NCBI GenBank assembly: GCA_965215265.1
Contig: OZ244048.1
Coordinates: 2,208,001-2,272,000 of the forward strand
Direction: 5' to 3'
DNA from: Candidatus Poribacteria bacterium
Lineage (GTDB): Bacteria > Poribacteria > WGA-4E > WGA-3G
Length of the DNA: 64,000 nt
Part shown: one piece after another, positions 31,484 through 41,868 of the stretch
Layout of the letters: every line of letters starts with the position of its first letter
How positions within the stretch are numbered: position 1 is the stretch's first letter
Translations under genes and position numbers: made by a program
The notes under the pieces: generated by a model
The model's database searches: none
Seen by the model: only the letters and a program-made list of their open reading frames with translations
What the model was told of the DNA's origin: nothing

Positions 31484-32266
31484 ATGAGAAAAATGTTATT
31501 CTGCTTAACCCTCAGTATCGTCCTCGGATTTGCTACTGTTGTAGACGCAATTCGGGATGACCCGGACCTGGTCGTTTACTACTCCTTTGATAAAGATGAA
31601 AAGGACGTCGCGGATGACAGCGGAAACGGGTTTGATGCCGAAATTTCAGCCGCAGATTGGAGCAAGGAAGGTAAGTTTGGCGGTGCTATGGAATTTGATG
31701 GCGCATCGAGTTCTGTTAAAAGCCCGCCAGAGATGCCCGGACTCACCGATGGAGAATTAACGGCGATGACCGTGGAGCATTGGGTGATGATTAACGCGAG
31801 TACCGGAGACACGCAGCAAATTTGGGAAGCGTTAAATGCCGCAGGTGCTTGGCCCGCCGAGACTTTCATCGAAGGGGCCGCTGACATGGTGTTTTACATT
31901 TATGACACCAAAAATACCGAACATCGCACCGCTATACCAGAACCACCGCTCAAAAAGTGGGTACACATTGCAGGCACTTATGATGGAAAAGTTCAGAAGT
32001 CCTATGTCAACGGAAAAGTGGTGGATGAACTAGCGTGGAGCGGGAAATTCGTTATCATCCCGGCCCCAAGCGGGGCTATTGTCCTCGGCAAGGACAACGA
32101 GGCGGATATCCAACACCTCAACGGATTTATCGATGAATTTGCTTTCTACACCCGCGCCTTGACAGAGGCTGAAATCAACGCAGACATGAATAAAGGCGTC
32201 TTGTTTGCGGTTGAACCGACAGACAAACTCAGTACCACTTGGGCCGGTATCAAAGCCGCATACTAA
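31484..32266 (+). CDS. Secreted LamG domain protein with TW(A/G)xxK tail
   Basis: LVVYYSFD, GKFGGAMEFDG, WVHIAGTYDG, G.IDEF..Y.RAL; ends AVEPTDKLSTTWAGIK. Confidence 0.9.
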   Translation: MRKMLFCLTLSIVLGFATVVDAIRDDPDLVVYYSFDKDEKDVADDSGNGFDAEISAADWSKEGKFGGAMEFDGASSSVKSPPEMPGLTDGELTAMTVEHWVMINASTGDTQQIWEALNAAGAWPAETFIEGAADMVFYIYDTKNTEHRTAIPEPPLKKWVHIAGTYDGKVQKSYVNGKVVDELAWSGKFVIIPAPSGAIVLGKDNEADIQHLNGFIDEFAFYTRALTEAEINADMNKGVLFAVEPTDKLSTTWAGIKAAY

Positions 32267-32273
32267 CCCTTAA

Positions 32274-32296
32274 AAGGGCGGAACTAATCCGCCCTT
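32274..32296 (+). terminator. Hairpin after the LamG pair (probable terminator)
   Basis: AAGGGCGGA-ACTAA-TCCGCCCTT. Confidence 0.55.
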
Positions 32297-32324
32297 ACGC
32301 ACGCACAACAAAGGAATCACAACT

Positions 32325-35211
32325 ATGGCACGACACCCGAAACCGAATCCTGTAGAAACCGACTCCTACACGCACGAGAACGAAACCCGAACCAGTATCC
32401 CACCGGTAGGCCTCGCACCGGACGGAGATATCGCCGAAACGCAAAAGAGAGAATACTACTATAACCCACATCTCCAACCTATACTCCGCTTTGATGCCAA
32501 AGATACCCGTTTACCCCCCCCCTAAAAATTTGTTAAGTATTGCACAAAAACGAACGTTAACTGCCGCCGAAGCACAACAACTCGCTGACGCGCTTGACGC
32601 AAAACCGTGGCTGGAATGGGCAAATAAACGCGAAGAAGGCGACTCCTTCACCGTGGACCCAATTTCACTCTTCATCCACGAACGACTCAGTGCACAAGCC
32701 ATCCTTGAGACCGCAAAACGGAACGACATCCAACGCGACCTCTTCGCCGACCCGCAGCAAAAGTACCGAGACGCAGTCCAATTCTACGCGCATGAGGTGC
32801 CGTGGGCGAATCGCCTTATCCTCGGCGATAGCCTACAAGTGATGGACTCACTCGCACATCGCGAAGCGTTGGCTGGCCAGGTCCAGATGATTTATGTAGA
32901 TCCGCCCTATGGGATTAATTTCCGATCCAACTTCCAACCGGAGGTGTTTCAGAAAAGTGTCACAGATAGGGATAAGGATCTGACGCGCGAAGTAGAACAG
33001 GTTAAGGCGTATCGCGATACGTGGAAACTCGGGATCCACTCCTACCTCTCCTATCTCAGGCAACGGTTTGTCGTTGCACGCGAACTGCTCAAGGATTCAG
33101 GCAGCATCTTTGTGCAGATTGGTATCGATAATGTCCATCGAGTTCGCTGTCTACTTGATGAAGTGTTCAAACCGGAAAATTTCGTGTGTGAAATCGTTTT
33201 CAAAACACGAAATGCATCTACAAGTAAGCATTTATCCGTCTTGAACGATTTTATCCTTTGGTATACAAAAGAACGGAAGTGTGTGAAGTTCCACCGTTTG
33301 TTTCAGGAAAAAGAAGCAGATTCTAATTTTCCGAAAGGGGAGTTACCAAACGGTGACATGGTATCTGCTTTTTCTAGTGGAAACCCAATTGAGAATATGC
33401 CTGTCAAGGCGAGACTTTTCAAAAACAGTGACTTAACTTCCCGCGGAAGTTCAGGAGGTCATCAACCGTTTAAATTTCAGAATGAAAACTATAATCACCG
33501 AAGCGGAGGTAGTTGGCGAACCAGTATTGAAGGATTATCACGTCTTGCAAAAGCTGACAGACTCATTTCTAGTGATGCAACTGTGAGCTACAAGCATTAC
33601 TTTTCTGACTTTCCCTACAGTGAACTAAGGAATTTTTGGAGTGAACAACTTTTTGAGCAACGCAGAACTTATATTGTGCAAACGTCACGAAAAGTTATAG
33701 AGAGATGTATGTTGATGAGTACAGACCCCGGGGATTTGGTTCTGGATCCGACGTGTGGCAGCGGTACCACCGCTTATGTTGCCGAGCAGTGGGGGAGACG
33801 TTGGATCGCAATTGATACGTCTCGAGTTGCGATTACACTCGCGCGCACTCGTCTCTTGACAGCAACTTTTGACTACTATCAATTGAAAAATGAATCAGAG
33901 GGGGTCGGGAGCGGGTTTGTGCTGGAGACGGCACCGCGTATTCAGTTAAGAGACATTGCGAACAACGTCGCGCTGGACCTCATCTTTGAAAAACATGAAC
34001 CGATATTGGCAGAGAAGTTGGCAATCCTGAACGCTGCCCTGAAGGAGGTTACACCGGCACTGCGTAAAGAACTCAGACTGAAGTTGGCGGAGAAAAAGAA
34101 GCGTGATGTGACGGATGCGGATCGGCGGCGGTGGGATTTGCCAGAAACGGCTTGGGAAGAGTGGGAGGTGCCGTTTGACACCGATGCGGCATGGCCGGCG
34201 GCTTTACAAGAGGCGTTGGTTGCATATCGAGGGGCGTGGCGGGCAAAGATGGACGAGGTGAATACGTGCATCGCTGAATCTGCGAAACAGGAGGTGCTGG
34301 TCGATCGGCCTCTTGTTGATAAAAGCCGCATGCGGGTGAGCGGTCCGTTTACCGTTGAATCGGTGCATCCAGCGGCGGAATCGTTGGATGGGGAAGCAGG
34401 AGAAGCAGATTCTGAATTAGACGTGGAACCGGCGAACGCCGCGGCGTATCTGGAACAGATGTATGCACTGCTGAAAACAGGTGGCGTTGACTTTGAAAAT
34501 GAGAAGAAGGATTTTGCGCGGTTAGACCTGCTCCAAGGCGGCTCCCTCCACGCCGAGGGACAGTTCGAAGATGATGAACGCGACATCTGCGTTGCGTTTG
34601 GACCGCAACACGGACCGGTAACTGCTTTGCAGGTGGAGCACTGCTTGACGGAAGCCAGAAAGTATTACGATGTGCTGCTGTTTGCAGGTTTCAACTTTGA
34701 GGCCGAAGCGCTCGCCATCCTTCAAGGCGAACACCGAAAGCTACAGACCCACTTCGTGCAAATCGCCCCAGATGTTACGATGGGAGATCTGCTCAAGCAG
34801 ATGCAGAGTGATAAACTCTTCACTGTTATCGGTGCACCGCGAACGGTAGTCGAACAGACGGATGACGGAGAATGGCTTGTGAAGATGGAAGGGCTGGATA
34901 CGTACAATCCGGTGGATAACACCATAGAACCGACACAAGCGGATCAGGTTGCGGCGTGGCTTCTAGACACCGATTACGACGGACGTACCTTCTGCCCGAC
35001 GCAGTCCTTTTTTCCGAATAAGAATGCGTGGAAGAACATCGCGCGTTCGCTAAAAACAGTGATTGATGCGGAGAACTTGGAGGCGTTTTCGGGAACGGAG
35101 TCGATTCCGTTTTCAGCCGGTAAGCATAACCGGATTGCGGTGATAGTGATAGATCGGCGTGGGAATGAATTGATGCGTGTCCACAAATTAGAGGAACAGC
35201 AGCATGAATAA
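32325..35211 (+). CDS. mod: Type III R-M DNA methyltransferase (Mod), frameshifted at a C9 tract (ORFs 32325-32525 and 32491-35211)
   Basis: NRLILGDSL, IYVDPPYG and DPTCGSGTT in beta-class order. The upstream ORF encodes a plausible Mod N-terminus (Y.H...R..IP.VG, YNPHL.P.LRF). Deleting one C fuses the two ORFs. Confidence 0.88.
32514..32522 (+). repeat. Poly-C9 simple sequence tract in the mod 5' region
   Basis: TTA CCC CCC CCC TAA; with C8 it reads TTA CCC CCC CCT AAA AAT TTG, in frame with the long ORF. Confidence 0.85.
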
Positions 35212-38011
35212 AAAATACGAACAACAGCGGATGCCGATTCAGCCGGTAGAAGAACCGATTCTGTGCTCGCCATATATGGAGCCGACGGAACATTGGGTTT
35301 ACGATAAAGAGACTGGCAGGCCGAGCAGACAGCCGGGTCGTCGTAGCGCCGGTTATTGGATAGAAGAGTATGGAACGGCAGAAGAACAGTTGGAATTGAG
35401 TTTTGTGCGTGAAGAAGACTGGAGTACGCTGCGGCTGGTCAACGCCTTGCGTAACGATGTGAAACGCTGGCGTGCGACAGACTATCGGAATGCTATGCCC
35501 GTTACGCGTCAGCTTCTGCGTTATTGGCAGCGTGAAGGCAGGCAGCGTCCGCTCTTTTTCTGTCAATTGGAGGCCGTTGAGACGGTCATCTACCTCGCGG
35601 AGATCCGCAAGCCTGGGCACCGTCTCGGTTTTAAACCGGAATTTGAGGATAAAGATTTGGATACACTGCACGATGCGGATTTAATCCGTTACGGGTGTAA
35701 AATGGCGACGGGGAGTGGGAAGACCGTTGTGATGGCGATGCTAATCGCGTGGGCGTTCTGCAACCGGGGTAAGGTGCGTTCCGACACGCGGTTCCCGTCC
35801 GCAGTGCTGGCGGTATGTCCCAACCTGACGATTAGAGACCGGCTTGAGGTTCTCCGTCCGGAGGATCCGGAGAATTACTACGATAAATTTGACTTGGTGC
35901 CGCCGACGCTCCAAGCATTTCTCAGAAAAGGGAAGGTCAAAATTACCAACTGGCACCAGCTCACGTTGGAATCGGAACATGCAGAGGGTGGGGATTCGCA
36001 CCGCGTTGTAAACAAAGGGGAGGAGACGGCAGAAGCTTATGCGGAGCGTATCCTCGGCGAGCTCGGGGGGCGGGGTGAAATTATGGTGCTTAACGACGAA
36101 GGGCATCACGCTTATCGTCCTTTAGCATCAGAGACGAAACTCAACAAGGAAGAGAAGGCGGAGCAGCAGACTGCGACGGTGTGGATCCAGGGGCTGGATC
36201 GGATTCAGCAGGCGTGTGGCATTCGGTTTGTGGTAGACCTGTCGGCGACACCGTTCTACTTGCACGGCAGCGGGCATCCGGAAGGCAAGCCGTTTGAGTG
36301 GCTCGTGAGCGATTTCGGTCTGGGGGATGCAATAGAGAGCGGCATCACCAAAATCCCGCGAATTCCGATCAGCGATAGCACCGGACGGCCAGAACCGAAA
36401 TATTTTCGCTTATGGGAGCATATCACTGCTCGACTGGGCAAGCGTCCTAAACCGGAAGATATCTATACCGAGGCGAACGATGCGCTGATAACGCTCGCGA
36501 GTCAATGGAAAGCGCAGTTCGATGAGAACGGATCACAGATACCGAACTGCATGATCGTCGTCTGTCCGGAGACGAAGGTTGCCGAAGTATTTCATCGCGG
36601 TATCTCGGGAGAGAGGTTAAGCGACGGTGAAATTGTTTATGACTCGAGTGACCTTTTTGAAGAACTCCGGAACAGTGACGGGGATACGAAAACGTTCCGC
36701 ATTGATAGTAAGAAGCTCGCTGAGGAAGGCAGTGATGCGGAGGCTCTGCGGGATGTCGTTAGTACGATAGGGAAAGAGGGTAAGCCGGGTGAACAGATTC
36801 GGTGCGTCGTCTCTGTCTCAATGCTCACTGAAGGTTGGGATGCGAACAACGTGACGCAAATTCTGGGGTTGCGTGCGTTTAAGAGTCAGCTGCTGTGTGA
36901 GCAGGTTGTGGGCCGTGGGCTGCGCCGCATGAGTTACGATATCAATCCGGAAACAGGGCTTCTTCCGGCGGAATACGTGGACATTTACGGCATCCCGTTT
37001 TCGCTGATTCCGTTCAAGGGGCGGCAGCAAGGGAAGCCGCAGCCGGATAAACCGACTTATCGCGTGCGTGCATTACCGCAGCTGCGCGAGCATGAAATTC
37101 GGTTCCCTAACGTTGACGGGTATATCTTTGACTTGCACCATGCTTCGATTACGGCAGACATTGCGGAGAGGGATCTCCTGAAATTGGACTCTGATCATAC
37201 GCCGGATGCGGTTTTCGCGGGTGGCATCAGTTTGAACGAAGGCAAGCATGTCTATATCGGGGAGCACATTGAGCATAACCGGCAGAAGTTTTATGACGCG
37301 AATCACTTTCAAACCATTAAATTCGACATCGTTAAGCAAATCTTGGATCAGTTACCGATAGAGCGGTGGGAAGAGAAACCGGTGTTATCTCGTCGGCAGC
37401 TCTTTCCAGAGATTTATCGGCTTGTGGATGCCTATACGCAGAAGATCCACTTTGGCTATATGGATGTGCGCGAATTGGGAAACGTGAAATACAGGAAGCA
37501 TGTAATTGAGCTCTTTCTCAACGCGATTCGACCGAGCGAAAATGCCGATGGAGCCGAGTTGGTTCCTATTATCAATCCGAGCAAGCGTTGGGGTAGCTCA
37601 GCGGACGTTGATTTCAGTACCACCAAAGACTGCTATCGGACGCAGAAAAGCCACGTCAACTTCGTAGCTGTGGATAGTACGTGGGAGGCGAGCGCAGCGT
37701 TCCGGCTGGAACGTTCTGCCCATGTGAAAAGTTACGTACGGAATGATGGGCTCTGGTTCACTATCCCGTATCACTTCGAGGGTGCTTCACGCGACTATGT
37801 TCCGGATTTTATCGTTGTTATGTCAAATGGACTCAAAGTGGTGCTTGAGATTAAAGGGCAAGAAACGCCGAAAGATCTGGCGAAGTACCAAGCAGCAAAA
37901 CGGTGGGTGGCTGCTATTAATCACACACAAAAATTTGGCAAATGGGGTTTTCTAGTCTGCCGGAGTCCATCCACGTTAGAGGTCGAGTTGGAGTCGTTGA
38001 TGGCTCGTTAA
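35204..38011 (+). CDS. res: Type III restriction endonuclease Res subunit (SF2 helicase plus PD-(D/E)XK nuclease)
   Basis: KMATGSGKT, NDEGHH, SATP, MLTEGWD, EQVVGRGLRR, YVPDF...LEIKG; overlaps the mod stop. Confidence 0.92.
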   Translation: MNKKYEQQRMPIQPVEEPILCSPYMEPTEHWVYDKETGRPSRQPGRRSAGYWIEEYGTAEEQLELSFVREEDWSTLRLVNALRNDVKRWRATDYRNAMPVTRQLLRYWQREGRQRPLFFCQLEAVETVIYLAEIRKPGHRLGFKPEFEDKDLDTLHDADLIRYGCKMATGSGKTVVMAMLIAWAFCNRGKVRSDTRFPSAVLAVCPNLTIRDRLEVLRPEDPENYYDKFDLVPPTLQAFLRKGKVKITNWHQLTLESEHAEGGDSHRVVNKGEETAEAYAERILGELGGRGEIMVLNDEGHHAYRPLASETKLNKEEKAEQQTATVWIQGLDRIQQACGIRFVVDLSATPFYLHGSGHPEGKPFEWLVSDFGLGDAIESGITKIPRIPISDSTGRPEPKYFRLWEHITARLGKRPKPEDIYTEANDALITLASQWKAQFDENGSQIPNCMIVVCPETKVAEVFHRGISGERLSDGEIVYDSSDLFEELRNSDGDTKTFRIDSKKLAEEGSDAEALRDVVSTIGKEGKPGEQIRCVVSVSMLTEGWDANNVTQILGLRAFKSQLLCEQVVGRGLRRMSYDINPETGLLPAEYVDIYGIPFSLIPFKGRQQGKPQPDKPTYRVRALPQLREHEIRFPNVDGYIFDLHHASITADIAERDLLKLDSDHTPDAVFAGGISLNEGKHVYIGEHIEHNRQKFYDANHFQTIKFDIVKQILDQLPIERWEEKPVLSRRQLFPEIYRLVDAYTQKIHFGYMDVRELGNVKYRKHVIELFLNAIRPSENADGAELVPIINPSKRWGSSADVDFSTTKDCYRTQKSHVNFVAVDSTWEASAAFRLERSAHVKSYVRNDGLWFTIPYHFEGASRDYVPDFIVVMSNGLKVVLEIKGQETPKDLAKYQAAKRWVAAINHTQKFGKWGFLVCRSPSTLEVELESLMAR

Positions 38012-38108
38012 CAAGGTACGATAATAGCGCCGGGGTAATAAAAAAAAACGGTGACAATTCTTTAGGTTTTTGGTATGATGGAACGATACAATTATCTAAG
38101 GGACGCAG

Positions 38109-39173
38109 ATGTCATTGAAGGAACAAGAGTGGATAGAAAGCGAGGCGCAATTAGAGTCCCGTCTCTCTGAACCGACCCCGGAGGTTATTGAGGCGGTAGG
38201 TGCGCTTGAGGGCGATCTTCTGATTCTGGGTGTTGGCGGGAAGATGGGTCCGACGCTTGCCAAACAGGCAAAACGCGCTATAGATGCAGCAGGTGTCTCC
38301 AAAAAGGTGATAGGTGTGTCGAGATTTTCGGTACCGGGGGTACAGGAAATGTTGGATGCGTCTGGGATTGAGACGATAGCGGCAGACCTGCTAACTGAAG
38401 ACAGTCTGCAAAACCTACCTGATGTCCAGAACGTGATTTTCATGGCTGGGCGCAAGTTCGGTGCAATGGGCAATGAGCCGTTGACGTGGGCAATCAATAC
38501 CTACCTGCCGGGTCGCGTCTGTGAGAAGTTCCATTCTTCGCGATTGGTTGTTTTTTCTACAGGGAACGTTTATCCGCTAACTCCTGTCAGTTATGGTGGC
38601 GCGACAGAGCGTTATCCAGTGGAAGCGATAGGCGAATACGCGCAATCGTGTCTTGGGCGCGAACGGGTATTTGAATACTTTTCAGCCGAGTTCGGCACCC
38701 GGATGGCGATTCTCCGTTTGAACTACGCCGTTGAGCTGCGTTACGGCATCCTGCTGGACATCGCAGAGCAAGTGTATGCGGAATCTCCAATCCTCCTGAC
38801 GATGGGGAACGTGAACGTCATCTGGCAAGGCGATGCGACAGCGGTTGCGTTGCGGGTTTTTGCACACTGTCAAAGCCCGCCACTGATTCTGAACGTGACG
38901 GGCCCAGAAACCGTTTCTATCCGTTCACTTGCACAACGTTTTCGTGCATTTTGGGCATCAGCAGCAAGTAAACCGACAAACAAGGAGCTCTGCTTCGCTG
39001 GAGAAGAGTCAACAACTGCGCTGCTCAGTAACGCCTCGCAGTGTCATCAACTCTTCGGATATCCCGGTGTCTGCTTAGAGCAGATAGTGCGGTGGGTGGC
39101 CCACTGGGTTCAGATAGGCGGGCCAAGGCTCAACAAACCGACAAGGTTTGAAGTTCGCGATGGGAAATTTTGA
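38109..39173 (+). CDS. NAD-dependent epimerase/dehydratase
   Basis: ILGVGGKMG, STGNVY, EYAQSCLGRER, LRLNYA. Confidence 0.88.
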   Translation: MSLKEQEWIESEAQLESRLSEPTPEVIEAVGALEGDLLILGVGGKMGPTLAKQAKRAIDAAGVSKKVIGVSRFSVPGVQEMLDASGIETIAADLLTEDSLQNLPDVQNVIFMAGRKFGAMGNEPLTWAINTYLPGRVCEKFHSSRLVVFSTGNVYPLTPVSYGGATERYPVEAIGEYAQSCLGRERVFEYFSAEFGTRMAILRLNYAVELRYGILLDIAEQVYAESPILLTMGNVNVIWQGDATAVALRVFAHCQSPPLILNVTGPETVSIRSLAQRFRAFWASAASKPTNKELCFAGEESTTALLSNASQCHQLFGYPGVCLEQIVRWVAHWVQIGGPRLNKPTRFEVRDGKF

Positions 39174-39307
39174 AAGGTTACGCTATCTACTTAATTTGTG
39201 ATTGGTTTTCGGGAAAACTTACCAAAACATCTCTTTTGATTTAGGAATAGAAAACGGGCCGTAACCCGGAAAAAACCCACGATTTTTATTAAAAAAAAAA
39301 GAGAATT

Positions 39308-40291
39308 ATGTTAAGATATTACTGGGTTTGCCCTATATTTTTATGGATATTTCTTTTCGCTATTGGGTTCGGGGTTTTGTTCCTAATGCATGATAGTTTA
39401 GGTGAGCCTGTTCCGCGTTTCAAAATAGCATTTGCCTCGGATGTGAGTGGGGACTGGGAGATCTATCTGACAGATACGGTGGGCAGCCCCCCGGTGAACC
39501 TAACAGTCAATCCAGCGGCGGATTATTATCCGTCGTGGTCTCCGGATGGTACGCAGATGGCGTTCTTTTCGCGGCGTGATGCGAATCATGAAATTTACGT
39601 GATGCGTGCTGATGGAACAAGCCAGAGACGGTTAACACATCATCCTGCGACGGATAAAGCCCCAGCGTGGGCCCCGGACGGTGAGCATCTGGCGTTCATC
39701 TCCAATCGTCAGGGCCATTTCGATATCTATTTGTTACATCTCCGGAGTGGTAGATTAGAACCGCTAACCGCGAATCTGTTTGAAGACGAGGTGCCTTCGT
39801 GGTCTCCGGACAGTGAAAAACTGGTTTTCCACTCTAAGCGTGGCCTGAATTGGGATATCTATGTGATAGATATTAACAGCCGCGTGGAACAACGCCTGAC
39901 ACATCAACGACTGATGGATATTTATCCGGCGTGGTCCCCGGATGGCACGCAGATTGTATATGCCTCCATGCGGGGAGAGGGGGAGCTCGCCGATTTGGAT
40001 CTCTGGACGATGGATATTGATGGACAGAACCGTAAAGCCATTACGGATACGCCAACAGATGAAGCCGTTCCGGCGTGGTCTCCGGATGGTACGCAGATAA
40101 CTTTTCAATTTGAGAAAGGGGGCAGATGGGTTGTCCATATCATGAACGCAGATGGCACCCAACGCCAAGAATTGATTAACAACGGTGCGTGGGCAGCACA
40201 GCCGAAATGGCAATCTAGTTCCGAGACACTGCCAGCGGAGCCGCGCGATTTACAAATTCAACAACCGTGGGGTAAAATGAAAGTCCCATAA
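39308..40291 (+). CDS. TolB-like / PD40-repeat beta-propeller protein with a degenerate WGxxK tail
   Basis: Five P.W(S/A)PD(G/S) repeats plus a degenerate sixth; ends PAEPRDLQIQQPWGKMKVP. Confidence 0.88.
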   Translation: MLRYYWVCPIFLWIFLFAIGFGVLFLMHDSLGEPVPRFKIAFASDVSGDWEIYLTDTVGSPPVNLTVNPAADYYPSWSPDGTQMAFFSRRDANHEIYVMRADGTSQRRLTHHPATDKAPAWAPDGEHLAFISNRQGHFDIYLLHLRSGRLEPLTANLFEDEVPSWSPDSEKLVFHSKRGLNWDIYVIDINSRVEQRLTHQRLMDIYPAWSPDGTQIVYASMRGEGELADLDLWTMDIDGQNRKAITDTPTDEAVPAWSPDGTQITFQFEKGGRWVVHIMNADGTQRQELINNGAWAAQPKWQSSSETLPAEPRDLQIQQPWGKMKVP

Positions 40292-40357
40292 GGTGGCTAT
40301 TGCTTTTCGCACACAGTGCCACAATTTTTTTTATAAAAAGATAAAGGAGATGTTCCT

Positions 40358-41005
40358 ATGCATTACAAAGTTTTAAGTCTAAGTATCTTGTTCGTAGTCG
40401 GTTTACTGCTGACAATCGGTATCAGTTACGGCTATGATCGGGCGATTGAAGCAGAAATGGCAGAGCAGATTGAAGCCCCAATGATAGTCGCTGACGATGC
40501 TTCTGCATCTGGTGGCAAGTTTATCTGGATGGAAGGTCCACCTGCGACGGGTGGTGGCGGTGAAGGTTGGGCGGAATATAAAATAGATCTGCCCGCTGGT
40601 ACCTATGCCTTGTGGGGTAAAGTCATCGCGCAAGATGGCAATAGTGATTCGTTTTGGGTAACGTGGCAGCCGGCAGATCCGGACGAAGATGCGCAAGTGA
40701 CACAGAATACTGAGTTTCGCTGGGGAGTCATGACAGGTGCCGAGTGGCATTGGGACCGCATCAATCACTGGTTAGATGGTGGCACTTTTGAACGCGAATG
40801 GGAGATGCCGGGCGGTGAGACCACGCTCCGTATCGCTGTGCGCGAAGATGCTACGATGTTAGATGTCATTTTCATCACCGATAATCTCTCTGAAGATGAA
40901 GCAGAAGTGAACCCACGCGATCCGGGGCCGGAAGATTTGCTTACGCCGGTTGAACCGCAAGATAAACTCGCCACAACATGGGGGAAACTCAAACACGTAC
41001 AATAG
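40358..41005 (+). CDS. Secreted CBM-like beta-sandwich protein with TWGxLK tail
   Basis: IEAE, D..ASGG, Y.LW, NSDSFWV, RED...LD; ends PVEPQDKLATTWGKLK. Confidence 0.8.
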   Translation: MHYKVLSLSILFVVGLLLTIGISYGYDRAIEAEMAEQIEAPMIVADDASASGGKFIWMEGPPATGGGGEGWAEYKIDLPAGTYALWGKVIAQDGNSDSFWVTWQPADPDEDAQVTQNTEFRWGVMTGAEWHWDRINHWLDGGTFEREWEMPGGETTLRIAVREDATMLDVIFITDNLSEDEAEVNPRDPGPEDLLTPVEPQDKLATTWGKLKHVQ

Positions 41006-41193
41006 GCGTGTTTTTTTGGGCACGATTCACATAGCTCGCATATATGCTTCCAAATTTCGCTTCTACGTCAGTCAGAAGGTCTCACAAAAATACGTAGGCG
41101 TGCTGGAGTGTTTATGAAAAAGATTAGCATAAGCATACAAAAAGCACGCCTATCCTCAAACATTTCTTAATTTCATGAGAAAGGAGTTGCATA

Positions 41194-41868
41194 ATGAAAC
41201 ACCGGATAATTTCTTTTCTGTTTATCTTGTCCTTATGTATCAGCATACAGACAGGAGTTGGAGCCGAGGTTGAGATGGCTCTTGAGGCAGAATTAGCACA
41301 AACGATTGAAGAACCTATGATTGTTGCTGATGACAAGTTGGCATCGGATGGCAAATTTATCTGGATGGAAGGTCCACCTGCGACGGGTGGTGGCGGTCAG
41401 GGCTATGCGGAATTTATCATCAACATTCCCGAACCGGGGGAATACGCGCTCTGGGGCCATGTCATTGCTTGGGATGGAAACAGCGATTCGTTTTGGGTGA
41501 CCTGGCAGCCGGCAGATCCGGACGAAGATGCGCAAGTGACGCAGAATACTGAGTTTCGCTGGGGAGTCATGGCAGGTGCCGAGTGGCATTGGGACCGCAT
41601 CAATCATTGGTTAGATGGTGGCACTTTTGACCGGGAATGGGAATTCGCCAAAGCTGGGGAAACAGTCTTACGCATCGGTGTGCGGGAAGATGCGACGATG
41701 TTAGACGCGATATTCGTTACATCAAACGTCAAAGCCACGGCTGCGGAACAAGCGAATGCACGTCTTCCGACAGACAAAGATCGGAAGATACAGATTGAGG
41801 GGCTTGCTGTGGATGCAGAAGGCAAAGCTGCAACCACCTGGGGCTCTCTAAAGAAAGCATATCGGTGA
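41194..41868 (+). CDS. Secreted CBM-like protein, tandem paralog of 40358-41005
   Basis: Near-identical core to the preceding gene; ends AVDAEGKAATTWGSLK. Confidence 0.8.
   Translation: MKHRIISFLFILSLCISIQTGVGAEVEMALEAELAQTIEEPMIVADDKLASDGKFIWMEGPPATGGGGQGYAEFIINIPEPGEYALWGHVIAWDGNSDSFWVTWQPADPDEDAQVTQNTEFRWGVMAGAEWHWDRINHWLDGGTFDREWEFAKAGETVLRIGVREDATMLDAIFVTSNVKATAAEQANARLPTDKDRKIQIEGLAVDAEGKAATTWGSLKKAYR

Noticed and set aside
33942-35671. Long antisense ORFs (214 aa and 281 aa) over mod/res
   Set aside because: Shadow frames of real genes with no protein-like motifs; the same applies to most short ORFs in the track.
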